Shown piece after piece: positions 27,664 through 35,098 of a stretch of 35,098 nucleotides of DNA (the stretch's first letter is position 1; the number at the start of each line of letters is the position of its first letter). The notes under the pieces were generated by a model that searched no databases, had not been told where the DNA came from, and saw only the letters and a list, made by a program, of their open reading frames with translations. A program made the translations under genes and the position numbers. Source of the stretch: Bdellovibrionota bacterium (GTDB taxonomy: Bacteria > Bdellovibrionota > UBA1018 > UBA923); assembly GCA_040754655.1 (NCBI GenBank), contig JBFMCE010000041.1, forward strand, positions 1-35,098. The letters run 5' to 3'.

Positions 27664-28620
27664 ATGTCAAAAGACATCCTCATCGTTGGCGACCCTTGGG
27701 AAACGCTCGACATTCCTCGTGACTCTACCCTGTACCTTACTACTGTGGCTCGAAACGATTTTGGGATGCGCTCATTTTGGGCATTGCCCGAGAACCTGTT
27801 TTTTCGAAACGACCGAATGTTTGCGAAGATTTCGGGCGAAGTGGTTTCCGAGAAACTCGAGGCCAATGGAATCCTGAAAGCGCTTGATGAGTTTCATTCC
27901 GTTCATTGGAGGGCCGATCCACCGGTGGATCTCAGGACCTTACGGTTATGGTCGCTCTTGGATTGCTACCAAGCATCGCCATTTGGTTCTCGGACGAAAC
28001 TGGTGAACCCGCCTCGCGCTCTGTTGAGCTGGAATGAGAAATTCAGTCCTTTGCGATTCCATGAGTGGGCCATCGCCAGCTTGGTCGCGGATTCCATGTT
28101 TGGATTCGAAGCTTTCTTTCATTCTCATCCGCAAAAACGCCTCATCGCGAAGCCTGCGGCGGAAGCCGCAAGTCGAGGAGTGCAGTTCTTGCCAACGACC
28201 TGGCAAGACGCCTCAGAGATATTGAAGCAGATGCAAACTGAGTTTGGTCCTTGGCTCGTCTTGCAAGAATTCGAAGCCTCGATCATCCGCCATGGCGAAA
28301 CCCGGGTCTTTTTAGTGGCCGGGGAAATCGCAGGCGCCATCCAAAAAAATCCCAAGACCGAGCATGTGATCATGAATTTGGACGCGCCTCCCGAGAACCA
28401 ACCCACGATGAAAATCGCCCCGCTCAGGCCTCTCCAAAAAGAACGTGCAACCTTCATCGGTCAAACCCTCGCCAAAGAGGGAGTACACTTGGCGACCCTT
28501 GATTTCATCGGCGATAAAATTCTTGAGATCAATGTAACGAGCCCAGGCTTGATTCGTTGGTATGATTCGCAAGTCGGTGCTTCAGAGAAAATTGCGACAA
28601 AGTATTGGGCGAAATTATAA
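27664..28620 (+). CDS. gshB: Glutathione synthetase-like ATP-grasp ligase (divergent)
   Basis: DP...DST, RADPPVD, VNPP..L..WNEK, IAKP, LQEF, LDFIG, EINVTSPG. Confidence 0.8.
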   Translation: MSKDILIVGDPWETLDIPRDSTLYLTTVARNDFGMRSFWALPENLFFRNDRMFAKISGEVVSEKLEANGILKALDEFHSVHWRADPPVDLRTLRLWSLLDCYQASPFGSRTKLVNPPRALLSWNEKFSPLRFHEWAIASLVADSMFGFEAFFHSHPQKRLIAKPAAEAASRGVQFLPTTWQDASEILKQMQTEFGPWLVLQEFEASIIRHGETRVFLVAGEIAGAIQKNPKTEHVIMNLDAPPENQPTMKIAPLRPLQKERATFIGQTLAKEGVHLATLDFIGDKILEINVTSPGLIRWYDSQVGASEKIATKYWAKL

Positions 28621-28719
28621 ATTTTTTGCCATCTAAAGCCACAGAGGTAGCCTAGATTCTCGTAACTTTCGGATAAAACTTGGTTGCGTTTAAAAATCCG
28701 TGCCACAAAAAAACAGCCT

Positions 28720-29427
28720 TTAATCTACGCTACGGCGACACACTTCAGGAGGCGTCTCATCTTCAGGCAAATTCGGATAGACAAAGCCGCAAACCGCCTT
28801 CCGTGCCTGTCCAAAAGAATCCTCATACCTGAGTACGCCATCGTCAGTAAAACGCGCTTTTAGGGGATCCAATTCGATCACCTCGTAAGCAGCCCAGTCT
28901 CTGCCTTTGCAAGTATAAAGTGGATTCTCATCGAGGCATCTACGATCGCCTTCATAAAAGTCGTTATCCAGATTAAGCTCTTCAGGGTCGCGCGTCCCGA
29001 AGGTCGAGGACCGCGTCACCATTCCCGTCGTATCGATGAAGCCTAAAGTCTCGTCTACAAGCGTCCATTTCACATAAACATAGTGCCGCCTAGCGGGTTC
29101 CCTTCCAGAAATGTTTTCTTCTAAATACCTCGGCAGGGTCTTTGCGAAATCCACGGCTCTAAAAAAACACTTACTGCTGATGTCAAAGGAATCGCCAATC
29201 CGCTTAACAACAATCGTCGTCGCACTATTTCCGCTGAGCTTGCGTTCATAGACTCGAAGCGGTTTATCTTTTGTTTTCGAATGAAATTCGGCCAAAAAAA
29301 CTTCTAGGGTGCAAACTGCGGTCTTGCCCTCTGAGCCTTGAATGACCCAAGGGTGTTGCTCCTGCGCCAAGCTCAAAGTCGTAGAAAAAATACTGAACAA
29401 GGCGGCAAGTAAAAAACTTATTCTCAT
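28720..29427 (-). CDS. Hypothetical exported protein, six Cys
   Basis: Signal peptide MRISFLLAALFSIFSTTLSLA; GGAG RBS; no family recognised. Confidence 0.75.
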   Translation of the reverse strand: MRISFLLAALFSIFSTTLSLAQEQHPWVIQGSEGKTAVCTLEVFLAEFHSKTKDKPLRVYERKLSGNSATTIVVKRIGDSFDISSKCFFRAVDFAKTLPRYLEENISGREPARRHYVYVKWTLVDETLGFIDTTGMVTRSSTFGTRDPEELNLDNDFYEGDRRCLDENPLYTCKGRDWAAYEVIELDPLKARFTDDGVLRYEDSFGQARKAVCGFVYPNLPEDETPPEVCRRSVD

Positions 29428-29458
29428 AAAGTAGGCTCCATTTAAGGATATGGCGTGG

Positions 29459-29488
29459 ATTTTAATGCAACACGATCAATTAAGTCAA
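29459..29488 (-). promoter_or_regulatory. Candidate sigma70 promoter for 28720-29427
   Basis: TTGACT-N18-TAAAAT on minus strand; the -35 is one arm of inverted repeat GTCAACT-N10-AGTTGAC (29484-29507), whose other arm gives a plus-strand TTGACA. Confidence 0.5.
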
Positions 29489-29658
29489 CTAATTTTATTG
29501 AGTTGACACTCTGTTGATCCCGTTGCTCAAACTATCGACACTTCATGTTTTTATTTGCATCTTTAGGGCGAGAATCACTGCCTCTATCCAGGAAAACCTT
29601 TATATTTAATAGTGATTTTATGGTTTCCGCAGGTACCCTTTTTGCAAAATTTAAAAAT

Positions 29659-31437
29659 ATGGTTCAGAGGATTTTCAGGCTTGCCGTCGTCATGATTGTA
29701 ATCGCTTCATTTTTACAGACACGTGAACTTTATGCCGAACCGTTACTTGGGTTTGATGAATTGTGTGTCCGTGCCGAAACCCATAATTTATTTGGGCGCG
29801 AAGCAGTCCTAGATAGGCTTTCATCTGAATTCAATGTTCACGTCGTAGAGGATGATCCCCTTTTATTCACCAACGATCTGCTCTTTTCCCTATATGTTTA
29901 CTTTTCAGCTTATCGTCCAGAAGGTGCTCCATTTTACTTGCATGCCTCTCAACAACTGGTTCCTTTGCGTGTTTGGAAAGAAGAACTTCCGAAATACACC
30001 ACGGGGACAAAGCTGGTCTTCGGGAAAAGAGCGGCCCCAGGAGCTTTTTCGACTAAGGGGGCGTTCGGGCTTAATCAGGATAATATTTTGGATCGAATTG
30101 AATTAGGCGTTTCTTCATTTGAATTTGAAACTGGCAGTATTCTTTTTCAACACTTAAATAGAGCTTTTGCTCTCAACAATCCCTTGGATGGATCTATCAA
30201 AGTTGTAGTTCGTAAACCTGAGGTAAAGCAAAAAACCTCTGCCTCCCCCGACCGACAGTGTCGCCAACATGCATCGACAGGAGCCGGCGATCCGATGCAA
30301 AAGATTTGCTCTAGAATAGCTCCTAGCAAGATTACTGAGAATCCAATTGAAGTAAAACGAACAGAGAAAGACAAGGTTTCCGGGCTACAAACGAATCATG
30401 GACTGGATGATCAGTTTCCATTTCCCATTGAAGCCACTCATGTGAAGGTGAGAGCTGATCGCGATCAAATCCTAGGATCTAGTTTAAATGGCGGACGCCA
30501 CTATTTCCCATGGCTGACGTTCTCAAATACATCACCTCGAAAGGTGGTGGAAAAATTCTTTGGCACTCAAAACGAAATAGAAAGAAAGACCATTCTTAAC
30601 CGCATTCTTGCTCCTGACGGACATTCTATCCCTCCAAGTTCGGGAGGAAATTGCGTCTCTTTCTTAGAAGGAAAATTCGAACATTGCGATGCAGATACGG
30701 TGTATGACACCGTCTATTTGCCCGCCATTGAAATTGATCCAACAACACGAAACTCAAACCTCACCACCCTGGAAGCGGTAGATTGGGCGAATTTATATGC
30801 TGAAGTTATGGAAAAAAAAGCGTCTGACTCTTACGAAATCTATATCAAAGTTGACTCACAGGCTTCACCAGAAGTTCTTAGAAAAGCCGCAGGGTATTTT
30901 TCAAATGTGATTCCTGCGAATCGGGCATTAGCACTTCTCAATGAAGCAAAAAGGAAGGGGAAAATTAAGATTACTGAGTTTTTTCCTGAAGAACTCAAAG
31001 ACGATTCGAATACCTTTGATTCCAACGATCGCGACCTCTGTCACAGCTTAGGCATGGCGTTTGTTGATCCCGAGTGGAGAAGAAAACGACAGCAGCTTGG
31101 ATCAAGTGCAGGTCGCATGACATCTTTCATTGGTTTTTATTTAACTCGACCTGATTATTTCAAAGCTATTTCAAACTTAAACGAACTTAAATTTGGCGAT
31201 CAAATCCGGTTTGGTGAGGCCCATACTGCCGTCTATCTTGCAGACGGGTACCTTTTCATGAAAGACGCGCCAAGCTCACAGTATGCTTATCGGTTTGCAC
31301 ATATCGACGACATCGTGAATGTACAAGCAAGGGGCCTTGATTATCTTAGATACACCGAGGCATCGCCAATCAAGGCAGAGCGCCGAACAAAGAAAAGGGC
31401 TTCAGAGCATCCAAATTGGGAGAATATTGGGAACTAA
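29659..31437 (+). CDS. Hypothetical exported protein with C-terminal putative papain/NlpC-P60-like Cys-His domain
   Basis: ATG 29659 gives signal peptide MVQRIFRLAVVMIVIASFLQTRELYA (ORF track starts at 29545); C-terminal LCH...LKFGDQIRF.EAHTAVYLADGYLF. Confidence 0.65.
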   Translation: MVQRIFRLAVVMIVIASFLQTRELYAEPLLGFDELCVRAETHNLFGREAVLDRLSSEFNVHVVEDDPLLFTNDLLFSLYVYFSAYRPEGAPFYLHASQQLVPLRVWKEELPKYTTGTKLVFGKRAAPGAFSTKGAFGLNQDNILDRIELGVSSFEFETGSILFQHLNRAFALNNPLDGSIKVVVRKPEVKQKTSASPDRQCRQHASTGAGDPMQKICSRIAPSKITENPIEVKRTEKDKVSGLQTNHGLDDQFPFPIEATHVKVRADRDQILGSSLNGGRHYFPWLTFSNTSPRKVVEKFFGTQNEIERKTILNRILAPDGHSIPPSSGGNCVSFLEGKFEHCDADTVYDTVYLPAIEIDPTTRNSNLTTLEAVDWANLYAEVMEKKASDSYEIYIKVDSQASPEVLRKAAGYFSNVIPANRALALLNEAKRKGKIKITEFFPEELKDDSNTFDSNDRDLCHSLGMAFVDPEWRRKRQQLGSSAGRMTSFIGFYLTRPDYFKAISNLNELKFGDQIRFGEAHTAVYLADGYLFMKDAPSSQYAYRFAHIDDIVNVQARGLDYLRYTEASPIKAERRTKKRASEHPNWENIGN

Positions 31438-31530
31438 ACCCTCTTTATTTTTCGGACGACCTTCTAGTTCTTAGTCATATGAAATCATTCATAAATCTTC
31501 CTCCCTCAAGGCACCAGAACTTTAATCAAA

Positions 31531-31556
31531 TTGTAATTGTAATTGTGTTGTAATTG
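31531..31556. repeat. Short tandem repeat TTGTAA/TTGTG abutting the IS end
   Basis: TTGTAA TTGTAA TTGTG TTGTAA TTG read directly, followed by the IS terminal TGT. Confidence 0.8.
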
Positions 31557-31609
31557 TGTAGGTAACAAGTGAAGATGTCCGGTTTTATCAACAAATAAAA
31601 TGTCCGGTT
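31557..31609 (+). repeat. Terminal inverted repeat downstream of transposase (IRR)
   Basis: TGTAGGTAACAAGTGAAGATGTCCGGTTTTATCAACAAATAAAATGTCCGGTT. Confidence 0.9.
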
Positions 31610-31649
31610 CATGGCCGTCTCTCTGAGTGATTTCAGAAGCTTGGGTGGT

Positions 31650-32852
31650 TTAGGCGGCCATCACATTTGTTATCGGTGTATTGGCATCCGAGATTAAGAT
31701 GCCATTTTTATCATAATGCCCAAGCAGATGGTGACCATAATAGACGCTAAGGCTTGCATCCAGGTGCTGACAAACGATCACCCGACATTGGGCAAATGAA
31801 TATCTCAACGCTGACCTCGGTAATTGCAAACTCATTGTCTTAAAGTTCACCGTATTGTCGTTGTTTACCAGTCGCTCATATTGAAAAGAAAATATCCGAT
31901 TTAAATCGATTCCAGGCGTTAACCCAACAAAAGCCGTGCCTTGTTCTCGTGCTGGAACTAACAGAGTGGAGTTATGCCAAGGAACAAAAACTTCTTTCAG
32001 ATAGCGATTTGCTGCTTCAATCGTTGTAATCTTTTCTCGTCTAAGCTCTTGTGGAAGCCTTCCCTGATAAGTTCTCCAGAGCCTCTCACTTCTTCCCCTG
32101 GCTTGTGGGCTAAAAGCATGGATGAGCTCTATTCCCAGTTGATCCAATGCTTTTGAGACGTGGGTCTTGCGCGAACGATCGGGCTTTTCTCCTGCCTTCA
32201 TCGTCACGACAAAGTGAGTAGCTCTATCGGTATAAAGTGAGCAAAAAATCCCGTTTTTACTGATCGTTTCTTTGAGTACATGCATGACCGAGTGCGCACC
32301 TTCTTGCTCAAAGAAGGCTGCCGCATAAACTTCACTTGTTGCATCATCAAGAGTGACCAATAGATCACAAGCAGCATAGTTTTCTCCAAACCAGTGATGG
32401 GTGGAGGCGTCCAAGTGAAGCATCATTCCTGGAAGTGGCCGTCTTTCTCGCTTCATTCGATGCTGGTTTTTCTTGATTTGCTTAATGACTAGCCCTGCTT
32501 TTTGAAGAGCATCTTTAGTCCACTGGTAGCTTACTTTGATCTTATGATCCTTGATGAGTTTTTCGTGAAAGTGCATCACGCTAAAATCAAAATACTCTTC
32601 TCGATATAGCCTTAAAACCTGCTCATGGATTGGTGCAGGAATTTTCCTATGACTTGGTTTATGGCGCCTGTGGTCTACAAAACCCTCTACTCCGTACTTC
32701 TCATATCTAGCCTTAATGCGCCTGATCTGACGAGCAGACAGCCCTAGGATCTCTGCAGCAGCAATCCATGTAATCTCTCTACGTAATGCCCGGGTAATGA
32801 CTTCTTTTCTGGTCATCACTCTGTCCAATTCTATGATCTCGTAGTTTTTCAT
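31650..32852 (-). CDS. ISNCY/IS1202-family DDE transposase
   Basis: N-terminal HTH (AAEILGLSARQIRR), LHLDASTHHW, TLDDAT, LYTDR, SPQARGRSERLWRTYQGRL; ATG 32852 (alternative start 32861). Confidence 0.93.
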   Translation of the reverse strand: MKNYEIIELDRVMTRKEVITRALRREITWIAAAEILGLSARQIRRIKARYEKYGVEGFVDHRRHKPSHRKIPAPIHEQVLRLYREEYFDFSVMHFHEKLIKDHKIKVSYQWTKDALQKAGLVIKQIKKNQHRMKRERRPLPGMMLHLDASTHHWFGENYAACDLLVTLDDATSEVYAAAFFEQEGAHSVMHVLKETISKNGIFCSLYTDRATHFVVTMKAGEKPDRSRKTHVSKALDQLGIELIHAFSPQARGRSERLWRTYQGRLPQELRREKITTIEAANRYLKEVFVPWHNSTLLVPAREQGTAFVGLTPGIDLNRIFSFQYERLVNNDNTVNFKTMSLQLPRSALRYSFAQCRVIVCQHLDASLSVYYGHHLLGHYDKNGILISDANTPITNVMAA

Positions 32853-32903
32853 CCGCAACACTGTACAGATGACAAACCACGGTAATCATTGCCCTTTACC
32901 CGC

Positions 32904-32955
32904 AACCGGACATTTTATTTGTTCATCCCACAGGACATTTGATGTGTTACCTACA
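32904..32955 (-). repeat. Terminal inverted repeat upstream of transposase (IRL)
   Basis: Minus strand TGTAGGTAACACATCAAATGTCCTGTGGGATGAACAAATAAAATGTCCGGTT. Confidence 0.9.
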
Positions 32956-32971
32956 CTCCGAAGCAGATTTA

Positions 32972-33000
32972 TTGACTATATCAATCAACTTATTTATACT
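32972..33000 (+). promoter_or_regulatory. Sigma70-type promoter
   Basis: TTGACT-N17-TATACT, followed by GGAGGA (33018-33023) and ATG 33031. Confidence 0.75.
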
Positions 33001-33030
33001 CATGCGGCATTTATCCCGGAGGAACTCACG

Positions 33031-33954
33031 ATGCGCTCGAGGCTATTTTTTTCTGCTGTTTTACTGATGACTGCTCAAACTGCTTTTCCAAGCGAGGCCG
33101 CTTTAGAAGCAAACGCATTATCTGCAGAAATCAAAAGCACCCATGGTGTTGATGCAGCCTGTCATGACAGTTCTTTCGAAAGCCATTTAGATCCCGGCCC
33201 AGTAGAATGCCTCTACACACTTCGGTTCGTGAATGCTTTTCTAGACCAGAATTCTGCCGACGCTCTCCCACCTGAATTTCCGGAACAGGTTTCTGTTGTG
33301 AACACGGTACGGCGCGAAACGTTGCCTCCTCAGACGATCTCACCAGCCCTTCTTACGTCCGACTCCTATTACCATTTCAATCCAACGACGCTGAAAATTC
33401 CTTCAAATGTCGAGTCGGTTGAAGAAATAAGGCAACTTTTCGAGGCATATGGGATTGCAGTTGAGTTGAAAAAGAAACTAAGATCCACAATTTCATGCTA
33501 TTCCCCAAACGTTTTGAATTGCTACCGCGGTATGAAGGCATTATTGGAAGTAAGCGAAGTCATTAAGAAAGAACTGAGCCAAAGGCATGACAATTCCATT
33601 TTTCTTAGGGAAGAAACTCAAGACGGTGACGACAACTATTTGTCTTACAATCTTTCAGCGCTTGAGATGATCGATTATTTCGCATTTAAGAAAGTAAGAA
33701 AAAAAATCGCTTCAAGCGACCTGACAATACTCTGTGATCACAAGAAGGTTTCGTCTACTTCATGCGCGATACTCGCGGCCGAAATGCTGAAATACATTTC
33801 GAGTACAAACTTCAGAGCTCAGTCGCACAAGTTCGCGGTAATTTCGCGCCGGAGCGACCCTGAATCAAAAAATTGGGAACGACACAAAAATCAAATCGTA
33901 TTCGGCATTGAAGAACCGGCTGAAGCCATCATTGAAAGATTGAGCCGTCTTTAA
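33031..33954 (+). CDS. Hypothetical exported protein with three Cys-pair repeats
   Basis: Promoter, RBS and signal peptide MRSRLFFSAVLLMTAQTAF support ATG 33031; the ORF-track start 32869 lies inside the IS. Confidence 0.78.
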   Translation: MRSRLFFSAVLLMTAQTAFPSEAALEANALSAEIKSTHGVDAACHDSSFESHLDPGPVECLYTLRFVNAFLDQNSADALPPEFPEQVSVVNTVRRETLPPQTISPALLTSDSYYHFNPTTLKIPSNVESVEEIRQLFEAYGIAVELKKKLRSTISCYSPNVLNCYRGMKALLEVSEVIKKELSQRHDNSIFLREETQDGDDNYLSYNLSALEMIDYFAFKKVRKKIASSDLTILCDHKKVSSTSCAILAAEMLKYISSTNFRAQSHKFAVISRRSDPESKNWERHKNQIVFGIEEPAEAIIERLSRL

Positions 33955-33959
33955 CAGAG

Positions 33960-34343
33960 CTAGTTTGAAATCTCGCACCACTCGATCAACTCTTTGAGTT
34001 CGCGCTTGGCTTCTTCGATCGCGGTGAATTTCTCGGGGCTCAAGACCACTTTCACTTTGCGTTGCTCGGTGAGCTCGCCCTTGCGCCTGATTTCAGAGAG
34101 GCGTTTTTTTGCGCCTTCGATTGAAAACCTCAGGTCATAAAGAAGGTGTTTGATCAAAAGCGCATTCTCGACATCAGTTCTTGAGTACATGCGCTGCTGG
34201 CTATTGCTCTTATTCGGCGCAAGAATAGAAAACTCAGACTCCCAATAACGAAGTACATATGGCTTCACACCCACGATGTCGGCTGCTTCGCCAATCCTGA
34301 AATACATTCGATCCGGAATATGAACAGGTTTTTCCAACTCCAT
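33960..34343 (-). CDS. MerR-family transcriptional regulator (ihfA-linked type)
   Basis: IPDRMYFRIGEA, VLRYWESEF, RMYSRTD, IKHLLY..RFSIEGAKK; typical position after ihfA. Confidence 0.93.
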   Translation of the reverse strand: MELEKPVHIPDRMYFRIGEAADIVGVKPYVLRYWESEFSILAPNKSNSQQRMYSRTDVENALLIKHLLYDLRFSIEGAKKRLSEIRRKGELTEQRKVKVVLSPEKFTAIEEAKRELKELIEWCEISN

Positions 34344-34377
34344 TGAAGATCATTCCTTACTGAGAGCCCGCGCCCCG

Positions 34378-34704
34378 CTATCCTTGGTTGTTTTCACCTG
34401 ATGGCTTTGATGAAGATCCCCCTTGAGCCGAGGTATTCACATCCGACCTCAAGACTTGCGAGGGTTTAAAGGTAAGAACACGGCGTTGCGATATTTTAAT
34501 CGCTTCTCCCGTTTGCGGATTTCGGCCAGTGCGCGCTTTTTTATCGCGCACAACGAAATTCCCAAAGCCGCTGATCTTGATTTTCTCTCCCTTAGCCAGC
34601 GTGTCTTTGATGGTGTCAAAGATCAGCTCAACCAAATCTGCAGCATCCTTCTTGGAATAGCCTATCTTTTGGTAGATCGCTTCAATGATATCGGCTTTGG
34701 TCAT
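34378..34704 (-). CDS. ihfA: Integration host factor subunit alpha
   Basis: MTKADI, KISGFGNF, RTGRNPQTGE, RRVLTFKPS; follows pheT; AGGAG RBS. Confidence 0.93.
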   Translation of the reverse strand: MTKADIIEAIYQKIGYSKKDAADLVELIFDTIKDTLAKGEKIKISGFGNFVVRDKKARTGRNPQTGEAIKISQRRVLTFKPSQVLRSDVNTSAQGGSSSKPSGENNQG

Positions 34705-34743
34705 TGTCTCTCCTGGATCATATCAAAGGCCATTAATATCAAT

Positions 34744-34771
34744 ATGATACAAGTAGAGGGGTGAAACGCAA
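34744..34771 (-). promoter_or_regulatory. Candidate internal promoter for ihfA
   Basis: TTGCGT-N16-TATCAT in the pheT-ihfA spacer. Confidence 0.35.
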
Positions 34772-34790
34772 TGCTTTTTGCTCGATTTTG

Positions 34791-35098
34791 TTACTGAAGG
34801 CGAAGTTTTACGCCCATTTCCCGGTCCAAGCCGGTCAGTATCTTCTGGATGGCTGACTCAACCTCGGCGTCTTCAAGCGTTCTGGAAGCATCACCGAACA
34901 AAAGAGAAAGCGAAAGGCTGCGCGTTCCGCCCGGAATCTTCTCACCCACATAGACGTCGACGATGCCCACGCTTTCAACCAGAGGTTTGCCCAGCTTTTG
35001 AACCGTCGCAATCACCTTATCCGCCAAAACCTGCTCTGGAACCAGCAGAGAAAGGTCACGATCCACTTTCGGAAACTTGGCTATCGCAGAAAACTTGC
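34791..35098 (-). CDS. pheT: Phenylalanine--tRNA ligase beta subunit, C-terminal anticodon-binding domain (partial; runs off window)
   Basis: Frame open to window edge: AKFPKVDRDLSLLV...DVYVGEKIPGGTRSLSL...RTLEDAEV...KLR; upstream of ihfA. Confidence 0.93.
   Translation of the reverse strand, partial: KFSAIAKFPKVDRDLSLLVPEQVLADKVIATVQKLGKPLVESVGIVDVYVGEKIPGGTRSLSLSLLFGDASRTLEDAEVESAIQKILTGLDREMGVKLRLQ

Larger units (their letters stand above)
31557..32955 (-). mobile_element. IS1202-like (ISNCY) insertion sequence, 1399 bp
   Basis: Both ends read TGTAGGTAACA inward; imperfect ~52 bp TIRs each with two ATGTCC cores; single DDE transposase; no flanking direct repeat visible. Confidence 0.9.

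Noticed and set aside
31520..31547. XerCD-like site beside the IS1202-like element
   Set aside because: Minus-strand TTTGATTAAAG matches only 7 of 11 bases of the E. coli XerD arm, there is no convincing XerC arm, and the sequence is low-complexity.
32869..33030. N-terminal 54 codons of the 361-aa ORF
   Set aside because: Runs through the IS end and the promoter; RBS and signal peptide indicate ATG 33031.
33955..33959. tRNA-Pro often found after pheT-ihfA-merR
   Set aside because: Only 5 bp separate merR from the convergent gene; no tRNA present.
1..35098. CRISPR array, rRNA, integron or prophage
   Set aside because: No regularly spaced repeats, cas, integrase or phage genes seen; intergenic gaps are short.

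Overview
Bacterial chromosomal window. Gene order (gltX-cysS-uvrB; carD divergent from a gspC-N operon with a PilM-type GspL; pheT-ihfA-merR) and the many Cys-containing exported hypotheticals suggest a Bdellovibrionota/Oligoflexia-like organism; this is inference, not a computed assignment. Core content: an OmpR-type response regulator, uvrB, cysS, gltX, carD, a complete type II secretion operon gspCDEFGHIJKLMN (about 12.7-26.8 kb), a degenerate polyprenyl-synthase-like gene, a gshB-like gene, merR, ihfA and the 3' end of pheT. Accessory content: about eight signal-peptide-bearing genes and one intact IS1202-like (ISNCY) element at 31557-32955 with ~52 bp terminal inverted repeats and no target duplication. 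Most notable: (1) a stand-alone exported protein that is a paralog of the N0-N1 domains of this window's own GspD secretin but has no pore domain; (2) two SAM-methyltransferase-fold proteins with apparent signal peptides; (3) an apparently catalytically dead prenyl-synthase fold directly behind gspN; (4) a PAS-HisKA protein with no kinase domain; (5) an exported protein with a papain/NlpC-like Cys-His motif and another built from three Cys-pair repeats. No tRNA, rRNA or CRISPR array was seen. All calls come from reading motifs by eye; no searches were run.
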